Source: an uncultured Microthrixaceae bacterium | GTDB taxonomy: Bacteria > Actinomycetota > Acidimicrobiia > Acidimicrobiales > CAVOFX01 | Direction: 5' to 3' | DNA: 64,000 nucleotides | NCBI GenBank assembly: GCA_963695115.1 | Contig: CAVOFX010000001.1 | Span: 28,442 to 92,441, forward strand | In this document: positions 1 to 9,611 of the stretch, piece by piece | How positions within the stretch are numbered: position 1 is the stretch's first letter | How the letters are laid out: every line of letters starts with the position of its first letter | Position numbers and translations under genes: made by a program | The notes under the pieces: generated by a model | Seen by the model: only the letters and a program-made list of their open reading frames with translations | Database searches by the model: none | Told to the model about the DNA's origin: nothing

Positions 1-51
1 GGCTTCAACATCAATGACCGGGTCTCCACGAAACGAGGGGAAGCCCAGATC
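1..51 (+). mobile_element. Right terminus of a second IS3-family copy that runs off the left edge of the window
   Basis: 48/51 nt identical to the right end of the complete IS3 element (21282-21332). Similarity stops exactly at 51, where it cuts the mini-ORF copy. Confidence 0.7.
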
Positions 52-125
52 TCGCGGACCACCCCCACCACGATCAACACCAAGATCAACACCCCGACGA
101 TCTGACCCGCGCCGTACGCCGACAC
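52..125 (-). pseudogene. Membrane mini-ORF, copy 1 (GTG at 125; 3' end removed by the IS3 insertion)
   Basis: Reads (V/M)SAYGAGQIVGVLILVLIVVGVVRE. One mismatch to the intact copy (25275-25347) over the shared 73 nt. Lies 27 nt after, and in frame with, the stop of ORF 153-644. Confidence 0.5.
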
Positions 126-152
126 CTCACAACCCCCCGTATCGGATCCGGA

Positions 153-644
153 TCATGCCGAGTACTCCGGTCTCCCAGTCACCTCGGCGACATCGACCTT
201 TGGTGGCGGCTCAAGTCGTCCAACTACATCGCGGAGCTTCCGCCAATGCGCCTCCTCAAAGAGCGCAGCGATGTCGTCACCCCAATCGGAGATCCCCGCA
301 ACCCACTGGCGCTGCGCGTATAGATCGATGCTCAGAACACGGTCGCCTAGAACCTTGAGTATCTCGAGATGGCCGTCGATTGGGCGCAGATCCCGGCGAC
401 GGTCGTCCACCGCCATCCCGAGCGACCGGAGAAAGACAAGATCCTCACTGGACTCTGAGCCGCTGCGCCCCGCCTGGGTGGTTGAGTCAATCGTGAAAGC
501 GTCGGCACCCTCAAGGCCAATGGCGATTTCAAGCACAGCAGACCAGAGGGGTTTCACCCCGGATCGAGCAGCCTGGATCGAAATCAGGAAGAGCACGCCG
601 TCTACTTCCCACCCGAGCGGATCCCTCGCCACGTCCAATGCCAA
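153..644 (-). CDS. Putative immunity protein Imm-1 (163 aa) for orphan toxin CT-1
   Basis: Complete ORF directly downstream of, and overlapping, the end of the rhs C-terminal toxin ORF. The identical protein is encoded again at 13446-13937. Assignment rests on position only. Confidence 0.6.
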   Translation of the reverse strand: MALDVARDPLGWEVDGVLFLISIQAARSGVKPLWSAVLEIAIGLEGADAFTIDSTTQAGRSGSESSEDLVFLRSLGMAVDDRRRDLRPIDGHLEILKVLGDRVLSIDLYAQRQWVAGISDWGDDIAALFEEAHWRKLRDVVGRLEPPPKVDVAEVTGRPEYSA

Positions 645-2567
645 TGAGTTCGGAAGTCAGGATGCTCAGCCAGCCACCTCGCCACGCGTTCAGGACCGCC
701 CTTGAAGGTGGACGGCATCGCACGATGAGCCTGGTGGCGAGCCACACGAGCGAAATTGCCGATGCCCGCGCCGCGCCCCGAATTGAGCGCCGTCCAGCCA
801 GCATGCCCCGGGATCGCGACATCGACAATCGCCATCGACCACTGACCAGCCGTGTACCAACCCGAACACTCATCAACCCCATTCGCCGCCAGATCGATGT
901 CGCGGCCAGTCAGTGGCTCATCAACAGCCTGGGCGATCATGAACATCGGATTGAGATCAAGCGCCCCGCCCGCGAAGTTCACGATCGGCTGCGACACGGG
1001 GGTGGCGTGACCGTTGTGGGGGTTCTCGCAATCGTCGTCGGTCCCGAAGCACCAGTCGCCAGGGAGGTCGACCGACCACAGACCCGATGGGTCGGTGGCG
1101 TTGAGGGGGTTGCCGTACGTGTAGCCGTAGGCCTCCCTCGTGATGGCTTCGATGGGGTCGCGGGTGAGGAATTGGCCGGTGGTGGGGTCGTAGAACCGGG
1201 CCCTCAGGTACTGGAAGCCCGTCTCGTCGTCGGTGTACTGGCCGGCGTAGCCGAGAGGGGTGTCCGCACCGGTGTGGGAGGCGACGTTGCCGTAGGGATC
1301 GTAGGTGTAGGTGCCGACGACGTCGCCTGCGGCGTCGGTGAGCACCCGCACCGATCCGAGCTGGTCGTGGTGCAGGTACGTCACGGTGCCGTCGGGGCCG
1401 TGCTGGATGAGGGGGCTACCGCCGGGTCCGTACACCCAGGCGGTGGTGTCGGCACCTGTCGTCTCGGTGAGAAGCGCCGGGACCCCTGCGGTCGGGTCCC
1501 AGGTGAAGGAGGTGACCTCTCCCGAGGGTGCGGTGCGGCTGCGCCGCAGCCCGTCGCCGTCGTAGGCGTAGGACCAGGTGGCAGACAGCGGGCTGTAGTA
1601 GCCGGCGACGTCGATGGTCACATCCGCGGGGTCCTGGGTCCAGATGTTGATCGCACCCGCTTCGTCGAGGCGGGCCACCACCACGTCGTTGACGCTCTGT
1701 GCGGACTGGTAGTGGAGCGTCGCCGCGGCGGACCAGTCGCCCGGGTTTGGGTTCACCTTCGCCCAGCCCGCGCCCGAGGGGTTCTCGATCGTGACCGAGA
1801 CCACGACCGCGGCTGCGCCGTCGGTGGGAACCCCTCCCAGCCCCGCCACCTGGAAGGCGACGGTCTCACCCGCACCCAGGCGGTCGCACGGCGACGGGTC
1901 ACAGCTCCCCTCGCCGGTGGCGGTCTTGGCGACCCGGGCAGGGGTGATGGGCGAAGACCGTGGCGGAGTCGCCGTCGGGCGTGGAGTAGTAGCCCACCAC
2001 CTCCACGATCGCATCGGTGGCCTCCTTCGTCCACAGCTCCAGGTATCCGGAGCCATCCGGCATGGCCACTGCCATCGTCGAGGTCTCCTCCCCCGAGCGG
2101 TAGTGCAAGAGCGCTGCCGACACGTAGGAGTCGTCGTCGCGGTTCACCTTCGCCCACCCGGCTGCTCCCGGGTTCCACACGGTCAGGTTCACCACCACCG
2201 CCTCGACGCCGGTGGCGGGGATGCCGCCTTGGCCGAGAACGTCGAAGCGCACCGAGTCGCCTGCGGCGAGGCGGTCGCAGGGGGACGGGTCACAGGTGCC
2301 CAGCGTGTTTCGGGTGTCGAGGATCCTCGCGTTGGCAAGCGGCGTGTACTGGCCCTCGAAGCGCTCCACCTGGGGCACCGTCGCCGACACCAGTCGGTCG
2401 GCTCCGTCGTACGCGTAGGAGGCGACGAGGCCGTCGGGGTCCTCCTCGCTGCTGCGGTTCCCCGAGGCGTCGTATCCGAGCTTGGTGGCATCCGGAGGCG
2501 GCGACCCACAGTCACCGAGGCGCCCGCGGGGCGGCCCAGCACAGCTGCTTGGCCCGTTCCAGCAGGC
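602..2567 (-). pseudogene. Orphan rhs cassette 1: 3' rhs fragment (two beta-sandwich repeats, YD repeats, core ending DPSGLW) plus toxin CT-1
   Basis: ORFs 602-2056 and 1899-2648 match the C-terminal third of the main Rhs (GSPPPDAT.LGYD ... WSYAYDGDGLRRSRTAPSGEVTSFTWDP ... YLRARFYDPTTGQFLTRDPI). No start or 5' region. A 2-nt deletion near 1950 (ttcgcccatc vs ttcgagcccatc in the main gene) shifts the frame. The middle repeat domain is absent. Confidence 0.8.
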
Positions 2568-2568
2568 T

Positions 2569-2982
2569 TCACGGGTCCCCCGTGTCACCCTCGACCACGG
2601 CAACCCCGTTGCTGTTGGCGAACTCGGTGAGGGCTTCACGCATGGCATCCGCGTTCCTGAGCGAGAATAGCCGGACTCTGATGGGTGGATGTCTGTGCTT
2701 GTAGTGGATGGTCCACTGATCCGGGAGATCCAGAGAGATCCGGTCGAGCTGTGCTGCCGAAACCAAGCGCTCTCGATATGGCCATCGCCTCAGGATCAAG
2801 GACTCAGGGGCAACGGCAATCCGGCTCATGGCGGTTGATAGGAGATACGCGACGACGAGAGCGAGCACGCCAGCTTGGATCAGCAGGAGCCATTCCTGCG
2901 TCGCAACCGCCCGGACCACTAGACAGAGGCACCCTGAGGCAAGGAGGGCCGCCAGAATCGTGCTGGCCAGCAGCCAGGGCAT
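2569..2982 (-). CDS. Putative immunity protein Imm-2: two TM helices plus a bacterial PH-like C-terminal domain (137 aa)
   Basis: ATG at 2982, 18 nt after the CT-2 stop (3003). Sequence MPWLLASTILAALLASG...LLLIQAGVLALVVAYLL, then IAVAPESLILRRWPYRERLVSAAQLDRISLD. The longer track ORF (to 3327) overlaps the toxin and is unlikely. Confidence 0.6.
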   Translation of the reverse strand: MPWLLASTILAALLASGCLCLVVRAVATQEWLLLIQAGVLALVVAYLLSTAMSRIAVAPESLILRRWPYRERLVSAAQLDRISLDLPDQWTIHYKHRHPPIRVRLFSLRNADAMREALTEFANSNGVAVVEGDTGDP

Positions 2983-3002
2983 TCTCGGCGAGCCCACAAC
3001 GG

Positions 3003-5087
3003 TCAACCGAGACCCCCTCCACCAAGGTCTTCCCCTTCGTCGCACACCCAGCTCCCGAGCGAGTTCAGCATCTCGTTGAAGTAGATCCGCTGGGCGTAGG
3101 GCTTTGGCCTCCATAGGTTCTCGAGCCTGTAGGGCCGGATCCAGTTCCGCTTCGGTCGCCACGGCGAACGTACGTCGACGAGCTTGTTCAGAGCCGCCCC
3201 TGTCACGACATCGAAGCCGGCATCGCCCCAGCTGTAATCGTCGCCCGCAATCGCCGACGTGAGCCATCCGCCCGCGACCGAGCCAGCTGCACCGCAGGCC
3301 CAGACGTGACCGGTGCCGACCGAACACGCACCAACGACCGCCCCGCCCACGGCCCCACCGACGACGGCTGCACCGAACCCCCTCGGGTCCGAGAATCCAT
3401 GCTCGGCCAGGTGGGCGACAGCGCCCGAGGCTCCGCCAACCACACCACCGATTGCTCCTGCGAGCACCAGGTGCGGGAGCAGCCCCGTTGGGTCTGTCGA
3501 GTTCAACGGGTTGCCCCCGACGTACGCGTACGCCGAGCGGGTGAGCGGCTCGATGGGATCGCGGGTGAGGAACTGGCCTGTTGTGGGGTCGTAGAACCGG
3601 GCCCTCAGGTACTGGAAGCCCGTCTCGTCGTCGGTGTACTGGCCGGCGTAGCCGAGAGGGGTGTCCGCACCGGTGTGGGAGGCGACGTTGCCGTAGGGAT
3701 CGTAGGTGTAGGTGCCGACGACGTCACCTGCGGCGTCGGTGAGCACCCGCACCGATCCGAGCTGGTCGTGGTGCAGGTACGTGACGCTGCCGTCGGGGTT
3801 GACCTGGGCGATGGGGGCGGCGCCGGGGCCGTAGAGGTAGCGGGTGGTCTCGGCCCTGTGGTCTCGGCGAACAGCAGCGGCACCGGACCGGAGCGGTCCC
3901 AGGTGAAGTAGGTGGTCTCAGCATCGGGGCCGGTCTTCGAGCGCCGCAGCCCGTCGCCGTCATAGGCGTAGGACCAGGTGGCAGACAGCGGGCTGTAGTA
4001 GCCGGCGACGTCGATGGTCACATCCGCGGGGTCCTGGGTCCAGATGTTGATCGCACCCGCTTCGTCGAGGCGGGCCACCACCACGTCGTTGACGCTCTGT
4101 GCGGACTGGTAGTGAAGCGTCGCCGCAGCGGACCAGTCGCCCGGGTTTGGGTTCACCTTCGCCCAGCCCGCGCCCGAGGGGTTCTCGATCGTGACCGAGA
4201 CCACGACCGCGGCTGCGCCGTCGGTGGGAACCCCTCCCAGCCCCGCCACCTGGAAGGCGACGGTCTCATCCGCGCCCAGGCGGTCGCACGGAGACGGGTC
4301 GCACGTTCCCTCGCCCGTGGCGGTCTTGGCGACCCGGGCGGGGGTGAGGGGTACGAACACGGTTCCCGAGGTGCCCTCGGGTGAGGTGTGGTAGCCGACG
4401 ACGTCGATCACCACGTCGGTGGCCTTGGAGCTGTAGATCGAGATGCGCCCGTTGGCATCGAGCGCGGCGACGGTGGTGAGGTTGGTCGTCTGGCCCGAGG
4501 TGAACCCCATCACCGCGGTGCCCTCGCCACCGCCCTGGCGGTTCACCTTCACGAACCCCGTGCCCGAAGGAGAGTCCGCTGTGATGTTCACCGTGACGGC
4601 CTCCACGCCCTGTGCGGGAAGGCCCACCTGGCCCGAGACCTGCACCTGCACCGTCTCTTGGGCCGCCAGGCGGTCACAGGGGGCGGGGACACATGTGCCG
4701 ATGCTCGAGCGGGTGTCGGTGAGCCGGGCAGGGGTGACGGGCTCGAAGACCGTGGCGGAGTCGCCGTCGGGCGTGGAGTAGTAGCCCACCACCTCCACGA
4801 TCGCATCGGTGGCCTCCTTCGTCCACAGCTCCAGGTGTCCCGAGCCGTCCGGCATGGCCACTGCCATCGTCGAGGTCTACTCCCCCGAGCGGTAGTGCAA
4901 GAGCGCTGCCGACGCGTAGGAGTCGTCGTCGCGGTTCACCTTCGCCCACCCGGCCGCTCCCGGGTTCCACACGGTCAGGTTCACCACGACCGCCTCGACG
5001 CCGGTGGCGGGGATGCCGCCCTGGCCGAGAACGTCGAAGCGCACCGACTCGCCTGCGGCGAGGCGGTCGCAGGGGGACGGGTCACAG
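3003..5087 (-). pseudogene. Orphan rhs cassette 2: rhs 3' fragment (part of repeat 1, repeats 2 and 3, YD repeats, core) plus glycine-zipper-like toxin CT-2
   Basis: ORFs 3605-4867 and 3003-3752 are homologous to the main Rhs. In-frame nonsense near 4878 (gag>tag vs main gene). Frameshift(s) near 3790-3850. Homology to orphan 1 and the main gene ends at 5087. CT-2 = LLPHLVLAGAIGGVVGGASGAV...AAVVGGAVGGAVVGA. Confidence 0.8.
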
Positions 5088-5095
5088 CTTGATCG

Positions 5096-5213
5096 TCAAC
5101 GCCCGAGTTCGCTCATTTCCTGTCGCGGGCGGCTGATCTCACGGACGGCCGCCACCACGAAATCCGGCCAGGATCAGAAGCCCCACCAGCTGACCCAGGC
5201 TGCATGCCGACGC
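5096..5213 (-). pseudogene. Membrane mini-ORF, copy 4 (diverged; start codon lost, +1 frameshift)
   Basis: Codon-by-codon alignable to 25238-25348: ASACSLGQLVGLLILAGF(+c)VVAAVREIS vs MSAYGAGQIVGVLILVLIGVGVVREII. ATG>GCG at the start position. Preceded by aggagaggggaggg. Ends 9 nt before the start of orphan 2 homology. Confidence 0.5.
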
Positions 5214-5234
5214 GCCAACGCCCTCCCCTCTCCT

Positions 5235-5444
5235 CTATCCACTCAGCAACCCCCACGCCGCCAGAGCTGCGGCGGTGCCAAGGAAGAGCAGGCCCGCCAA
5301 CACCAGCACTCGGACGAACCGGAGTGTTGCACGAAGTCCCGCATCCGGCTCGCCGAACTCCTTCTCTATCCCGTAGTGGCTCCGCCAACTTGCCGCCGCG
5401 AAGAGACAGAACACCCCTGCGATGGCGAGACCGCTAGCAGCCAT
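5235..5444 (-). CDS. Small hydrophobic membrane protein (69 aa); may be the 3' half of a frameshifted multi-TM gene with 5434-5730
   Basis: ORF with two predicted TM stretches (LAIAGVFCLFAAA; VLVLAGLLFLGTAAALAAWGLL). Overlaps the previous ORF by 11 nt in another frame. Confidence 0.4.
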   Translation of the reverse strand: MAASGLAIAGVFCLFAAASWRSHYGIEKEFGEPDAGLRATLRFVRVLVLAGLLFLGTAAALAAWGLLSG

Positions 5445-5730
5445 CAGCGGGAACGCCAGAGAGAAGACTGATGAACCAGCTCAGGTCCCGGGCGCCTGCT
5501 ACACCGCGCGCCAAGAGGAACGCAATTGGCGAGGCCGCGTTGAGGATTCCCGAGAGCCAACAGAGCACGCACAGCGACGCCTTCTCGAGAGAGCACCCGA
5601 GCATGAGCAGCGTCCGTCCCGAGAGCTCGTTTCTGCGGAGAAGCGCAAGCCCGTCCTCATCGACCACCTCCGACCACCCGAATCGACGCCGAAGCGCCAA
5701 GCGGGTGGGACCATCATCAGCCATCAGCAT
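5434..5730 (-). CDS. Small membrane protein (98 aa) in the cassette-3 immunity region
   Basis: ORF starts 14 nt before the Imm-3 stop. Hydrophobic segments ASLCVLCWLSGILNAASPIAFLL and LSWFISLL. Confidence 0.4.
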   Translation of the reverse strand: MLMADDGPTRLALRRRFGWSEVVDEDGLALLRRNELSGRTLLMLGCSLEKASLCVLCWLSGILNAASPIAFLLARGVAGARDLSWFISLLSGVPADGC

Positions 5731-6004
5731 CAGCAGCGCACCTGGGGGGGAACAGACTGAGGCTCGACGTCCTCACTTCGCCCCACTGCTCTCGATCGCG
5801 GAAGATCGGCACACCTCTACGGAACTCCGGCAGTCGAGCATGGCTCCGAGCCCCGAAACGCCCAGCCTCGGATTGCACCCACATCGTCCTGGCGGATTCG
5901 TCGAGCGTCGCAATCAGTCTGCCGGAGCTGGTCTCCACCAACGTGTGCCCGTCGACCCTCGACTGATGGATCTCCTCGAGCGATCGGTCGTTAGCAGTTG
6001 TCAT
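5717..6004 (-). CDS. Putative immunity protein Imm-3 (95 aa)
   Basis: ATG at 6004 overlaps the CT-3 stop (TGATG). Sequence starts MTTANDRSLEEIHQSRVDGHTLVETSSGRLIATLDE. The upstream part of the track ORF (to 6073) overlaps the toxin. Confidence 0.55.
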   Translation of the reverse strand: MTTANDRSLEEIHQSRVDGHTLVETSSGRLIATLDESARTMWVQSEAGRFGARSHARLPEFRRGVPIFRDREQWGEVRTSSLSLFPPRCAADADG

Positions 6005-7436
6005 CACGAAACCCTGCGCCGAGCAGCGTCTTCCAGCTCCACAACTCGAAGGACAGAAACGCCGTGAGCCCACGACCCGCGTTCACTGCACGGTCGGTCC
6101 GGTACATCCACTGAACGGCCAAGGGGAGCGACTACGCGTCCTACCCCCGCGGCTGAAGTTCTCCCTGCGGTGGCAACACCACAGCCCTGACCGAATAGCA
6201 GGGCACATCCCGCCCCAGCAGCTGCGCTCAAGCCACCATGGCCGAGAGCTGACAAGACGGAGATGTCGTTGCCGTCGTCGATGAGTGCATCAGACCCAAT
6301 GTGAGCTCCGGCCCCCACCGTTGCACCAGCGGCCATCGTGAGGACACAGCCAACGCCCGTTGAGCAAGCGGCTGCCACGGCAATCCCAGTGCCGACCGTC
6401 GTCGCGACATCGATGATCTCGTGCCGATGGTCACTAGACCCAGTCCACGACACCATCCCACGGCGCGAGCCCCCTGGGGTCGACGAGATTGAGAGGGTTG
6501 CCCCCGACGTACGCGTACGCCGAGCGGGTGAGCGGCTCGATCGGATCCCGGGGAGGAACTGGCCTGTGGTGGGGTCGTAGAACCGGGCCCTCAGGTACTG
6601 CAAGCCCGTCTCGTCGTCGGTGTACTCACCGGCGTAGCCGAACGGCGTGGCGATGCCCGAGCGCTCGGTCGGGTTGCCGTAGGGGTCGAAGGCCTGGGAG
6701 CCCACGACGTCACCGCCCTCGTCGGTGAGCACCCGCACCGAGCCGAGCTGGTCGGCGTGCAGGAACGTCACGGTGCCGTCGGGGCCGTGCTGGATGAGGG
6801 GGCTACCGCCGGGTCCGTACACCCAGGCGGTGGTCTCGGCACCTGTCGTCTCGGTGAGAAGCGCCGGGACCCCTGCGGTCGGGTCCCAGGTGAAGGAGGT
6901 GACCTCTCCCGAGGGTGCGGTGCGGCTGCGCCGCAGCCCGTCACCGTCATAGGCGTAGGACCAGGTGGCAGACAGCGGGCTGTAGTAGCCGGCGACGTCG
7001 ATGGTCACATCCGCGGGGTCCTGGGTCCAGATGTTGATCGCGCCCGCTTCGTCGAGGCGGGCCACCACCACGTCGTTGACGCTCTGTGCGGACTGGTAGT
7101 GAAGCGTCGCCGCAGCGGACCAGTCGCCCGGGTTTGGGTTCACCTTCGCCCAGCCCACCCGAGGGGTTCTCGATCGTGACCGAGACCACCACCGCGGCTG
7201 CGCCGTCGGTGGGAACCCCTCCCAGCCCCGCCACCTGGAAGGCGACGGTCTCATCCGCGCCCAGGCGGTCGCACGGAGACGGGTCGCACGTTCCCTCGCC
7301 CGTGGCGGTCTTGGCGACCCGGGCGGGGGTGAGGGGTACGAAGACCGTGGCGGAGTCGCCGTCGGGCGTGGAGTAGTAGCCCACGACTCCACGATCGCAT
7401 CGGTAGCCTCCTTCGTCCACAGCTCCAGGTGTCCGA
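6004..7436 (-). pseudogene. Orphan rhs cassette 3: rhs 3' fragment (end of repeat 1 fused to repeat 3, YD repeats, core) plus Gly/Ala-rich toxin CT-3
   Basis: ORFs 6004-7392 and 6947-7486 are homologous to the main Rhs. Indels near 7388 and 7155. The conserved TRDPIEPLTRSAYAYVGGNPLNLVDPRGL segment (about 6445-6555) is readable only in a different frame from its flanks. Homology starts at about 7436. Confidence 0.75.
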
Positions 7437-7508
7437 AGATCTCGACGACCGCGTCGCCGCGTGACTCTTCGCGCCCAGGCCGACAACCCCGGCTGACGGC
7501 GAGAGCGA
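7437..7508 (-). repeat. Degenerate remnant of the mini-ORF element (copy 5) at the Imm-4 / orphan-3 junction
   Basis: ggggttgt..cggc..ggcgcg...gcggtcgtcgagatcttc aligns with ggggttgtgaggtgtcggcgtacggcgcg...gtggtccgcgagatcatc of copy 1. The central TM-coding part is missing. Confidence 0.35.
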
Positions 7509-7510
7509 TC

Positions 7511-7915
7511 TCAGGCCGGGCGAAGTGCGTTCAGATCAGCCAACGGAGCCACGAGCCGCCTCTCGCGCGCCGCTCGGCTTACGCTCTTGATGTCGGCTCC
7601 CTCGAGGAGCACGAAGGTCTTCGATTGGGTGACGGCCAACAGCGACGACCCCTTGGTAGCGAACCCGGCAACATCAGGCCAGGGCAGGTGCTTCGTGCTC
7701 AGAAAGCCCCTGACCGTGATGCCCCTCTCGTCCGCCATTGTGGAGATTCGCAGCTCACGGGATGCCACAGCGGCAAGTAGCGCCGTAAGTACCAGACCGC
7801 CAAACGACTGCGTGATGACGGTGGCCACGAAAGCGACCGCGGCAACACACGGGCGCGAGCCGCGCACCACGGCCGGAGGGCGAAGGACGAGTTGTTCCGC
7901 CGAGGCCGTCGTCAT
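7511..7915 (-). CDS. Putative immunity protein Imm-4: membrane protein with bacterial PH-like domain (134 aa)
   Basis: ATG at 7915 overlaps the reconstructed CT-4 stop (ATGA). Sequence LVLRPPAVV..., two hydrophobic helices, then LRISTMADERGITVRGFLSTKHLPWPDVAGF. Track ORF residues upstream of 7915 run into the ISL3 inverted repeat. Confidence 0.6.
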   Translation of the reverse strand: MTTASAEQLVLRPPAVVRGSRPCVAAVAFVATVITQSFGGLVLTALLAAVASRELRISTMADERGITVRGFLSTKHLPWPDVAGFATKGSSLLAVTQSKTFVLLEGADIKSVSRAARERRLVAPLADLNALRPA

Positions 7916-7951
7916 CGCTGACGATCCCAGAGCCAGTGCGACAGGTAAGCG
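7912..7951 (-). pseudogene. Toxin CT-4, 3' piece (left of the ISL3 insertion)
   Basis: After removing the ISL3 and one copy of the 8-bp duplication, the frame reads ...LATGGAYLSHWLWDRQR-stop, with the stop overlapping the Imm-4 ATG. Confidence 0.65.
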
Positions 7952-8003
7952 GGCTCTTCGCGATGAACGCTGGGGCGCGGTGAGCAACACCGTCGCTCTC
8001 TAG

Positions 8004-9527
8004 CCACGATCTTTCATAGGGCGGCGTGAACGGGGCTGGTGTTGGTCACGGTGAGTGAGGCGAAGGCGTTGCGGAGCCGGGTGAGGGCGTCGAGGAGTGT
8101 GGTGGTCCATGGCCAGGTGCGGTCGAGGTCGACGCGTCGGCCGGTGGGGGTGGTGCGTCCGGCGATGTGGAGGAGCCGGTGACGGATGGTCTTGGGTGTC
8201 GCGTTTCGGAGCTGGCCGGGGAGGCTGATGTGGCGGGCCCAGGTGAGGAGGTCGTGAGCGGCGAAGCACAGCTGCATCCAGGTCTCGTTGTTGACGATGT
8301 CGTCGAAGGGGAGGTTCGCGAGCCCACATGCTTTGGTGTCGCGGATGACGTTCTCGGCTCGTGCTCGGCGTCGTTGGAACAACTCGAGGGCGGCGATGTC
8401 GTCGTCGGTCTGGTCGGTGATGAACGCGGTGTGGCGTTTGCCTTCGATGGTGTCGAACAAGGTGAGCTGGGCGCCGGGGTGTGGGGTCTCGCGGCGCACG
8501 ATCAGCCGGGTCCCGGTGGGCCACCCGGTCGAGGTCGACGACGTCGGTGAGCTCGACGACCTCGGCGCCGGGGCGGTCGGCGCCGTTGCCGTCGGTGGCG
8601 GGTACCCAGGTGTCGTCGTCGATGTGGAGCAGTCCGTCGCGGACTCGTTCGTCGATCTGGTAGCCGATCGAGAACTCGATGTTGCGGTCCCGGCAGTCCT
8701 CGGCGAACCAGTGCGAAGCGCCAGCAGAATCAGCACCGGACGACCAGTTCTTTGCCGGCGTCGTCGGGGTGATCACCCTGGTTGTGACCGGCTCGCCATT
8801 CTGGTGGGAGCGCGGCGATGGCCTGGTCCAACACGACGATGTGGTCGACCGCGGTGTTCGCGCCGGCGTTGCCGGGGCGCATGATTCCGGCGAAGACCTC
8901 GTCGCAGTCGCCGGCCATGGCCAACAGCGGGTGGTGCCCGTAGGTGCGCTTGTAGGTCGGCGCCGCGTCCTGCTTGTCGGCCTTGGTCGTGATGATCGTG
9001 GCGTCGATGTCGATTACCAACAGCTCACCGTCAGGACCCGCGCCAGCCGCCCACGCCCGTTCACGGGCGACAGCCCGAGCTCGTGTGATGCCGCGCAGTT
9101 CGGGCGGGCCGACGGCTTGGAAGGTGCGCCACACCGTCGGGTCCGACGCCACCCGCCCCGCGATCGTCGGCTGGTTGCGCAACACGGCGATGTCCGACAG
9201 GGCGGTGGCGCCATCGGCGAGGGCCAACACCATCTGGGCCATGGTGCGACCCGGTCGATGGATCCGGCCCGGCAGGCGGGCGAACGCGTCGTCGAACCCG
9301 GCGGTCAGACCACACAGATCAGCGGTCTCGGCCAGCCATACGAGACCGCCACGAGAGGTCAGACCTTCCCCGTTGCCGGTCACCGTGCGTGGCGAAGCGA
9401 GCCTGGTAGATTTCGTCACGAAAGCCCTCCCGAATCTGGGGGTTTGATGTTGGTTCAGCGACTTACATCATCCCAGGTCGGGGGGCTTTTCGCGAGCCCA
9501 CCAAAGGCCCGCTACGAAAGATCGTGG
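8004..9527 (-). mobile_element. IS1380-family insertion sequence nested in the left end of the ISL3 element
   Basis: Inverted repeats ccacgatctttc (8004-) and gaaagatcgtgg (-9527), flanked by ctag on both sides (8000-8003 and 9528-9531; a palindromic 4-bp duplication or an IR extension). Confidence 0.8.
8014..9419 (-). pseudogene. IS1380-family transposase, split over three frames
   Basis: 8730-9419 (MTKSTRLASPRTVTGNGEGLTSRGGLVWL...VIDIDATIITT), 8000-8776 (middle) and 8014-8736 (...DIVNNETWMQLCFAAHDLLTWAR) together give a full DDE transposase. At least two frameshifts. Confidence 0.8.
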
Positions 9528-9611
9528 CTAGGGGTCCGCCTGCCGCACCAGAGGCCTCGCCATTGTTGCGACTGCTCGAAGGTCGACAACAAGAGGAGGC
9601 CCCTGGTGAAC

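Noticed and set aside
638-2704. 688-aa plus-strand ORF, and many similar long ORFs opposite the rhs fragments (e.g. 1791-2630, 4388-5092, 27191-28129, 28208-30073)
   Set aside because: Arg/Gly/Pro/Val-rich, low-complexity translations lying exactly antisense to well-supported rhs coding sequence. These are typical shadow ORFs of very GC-rich DNA.
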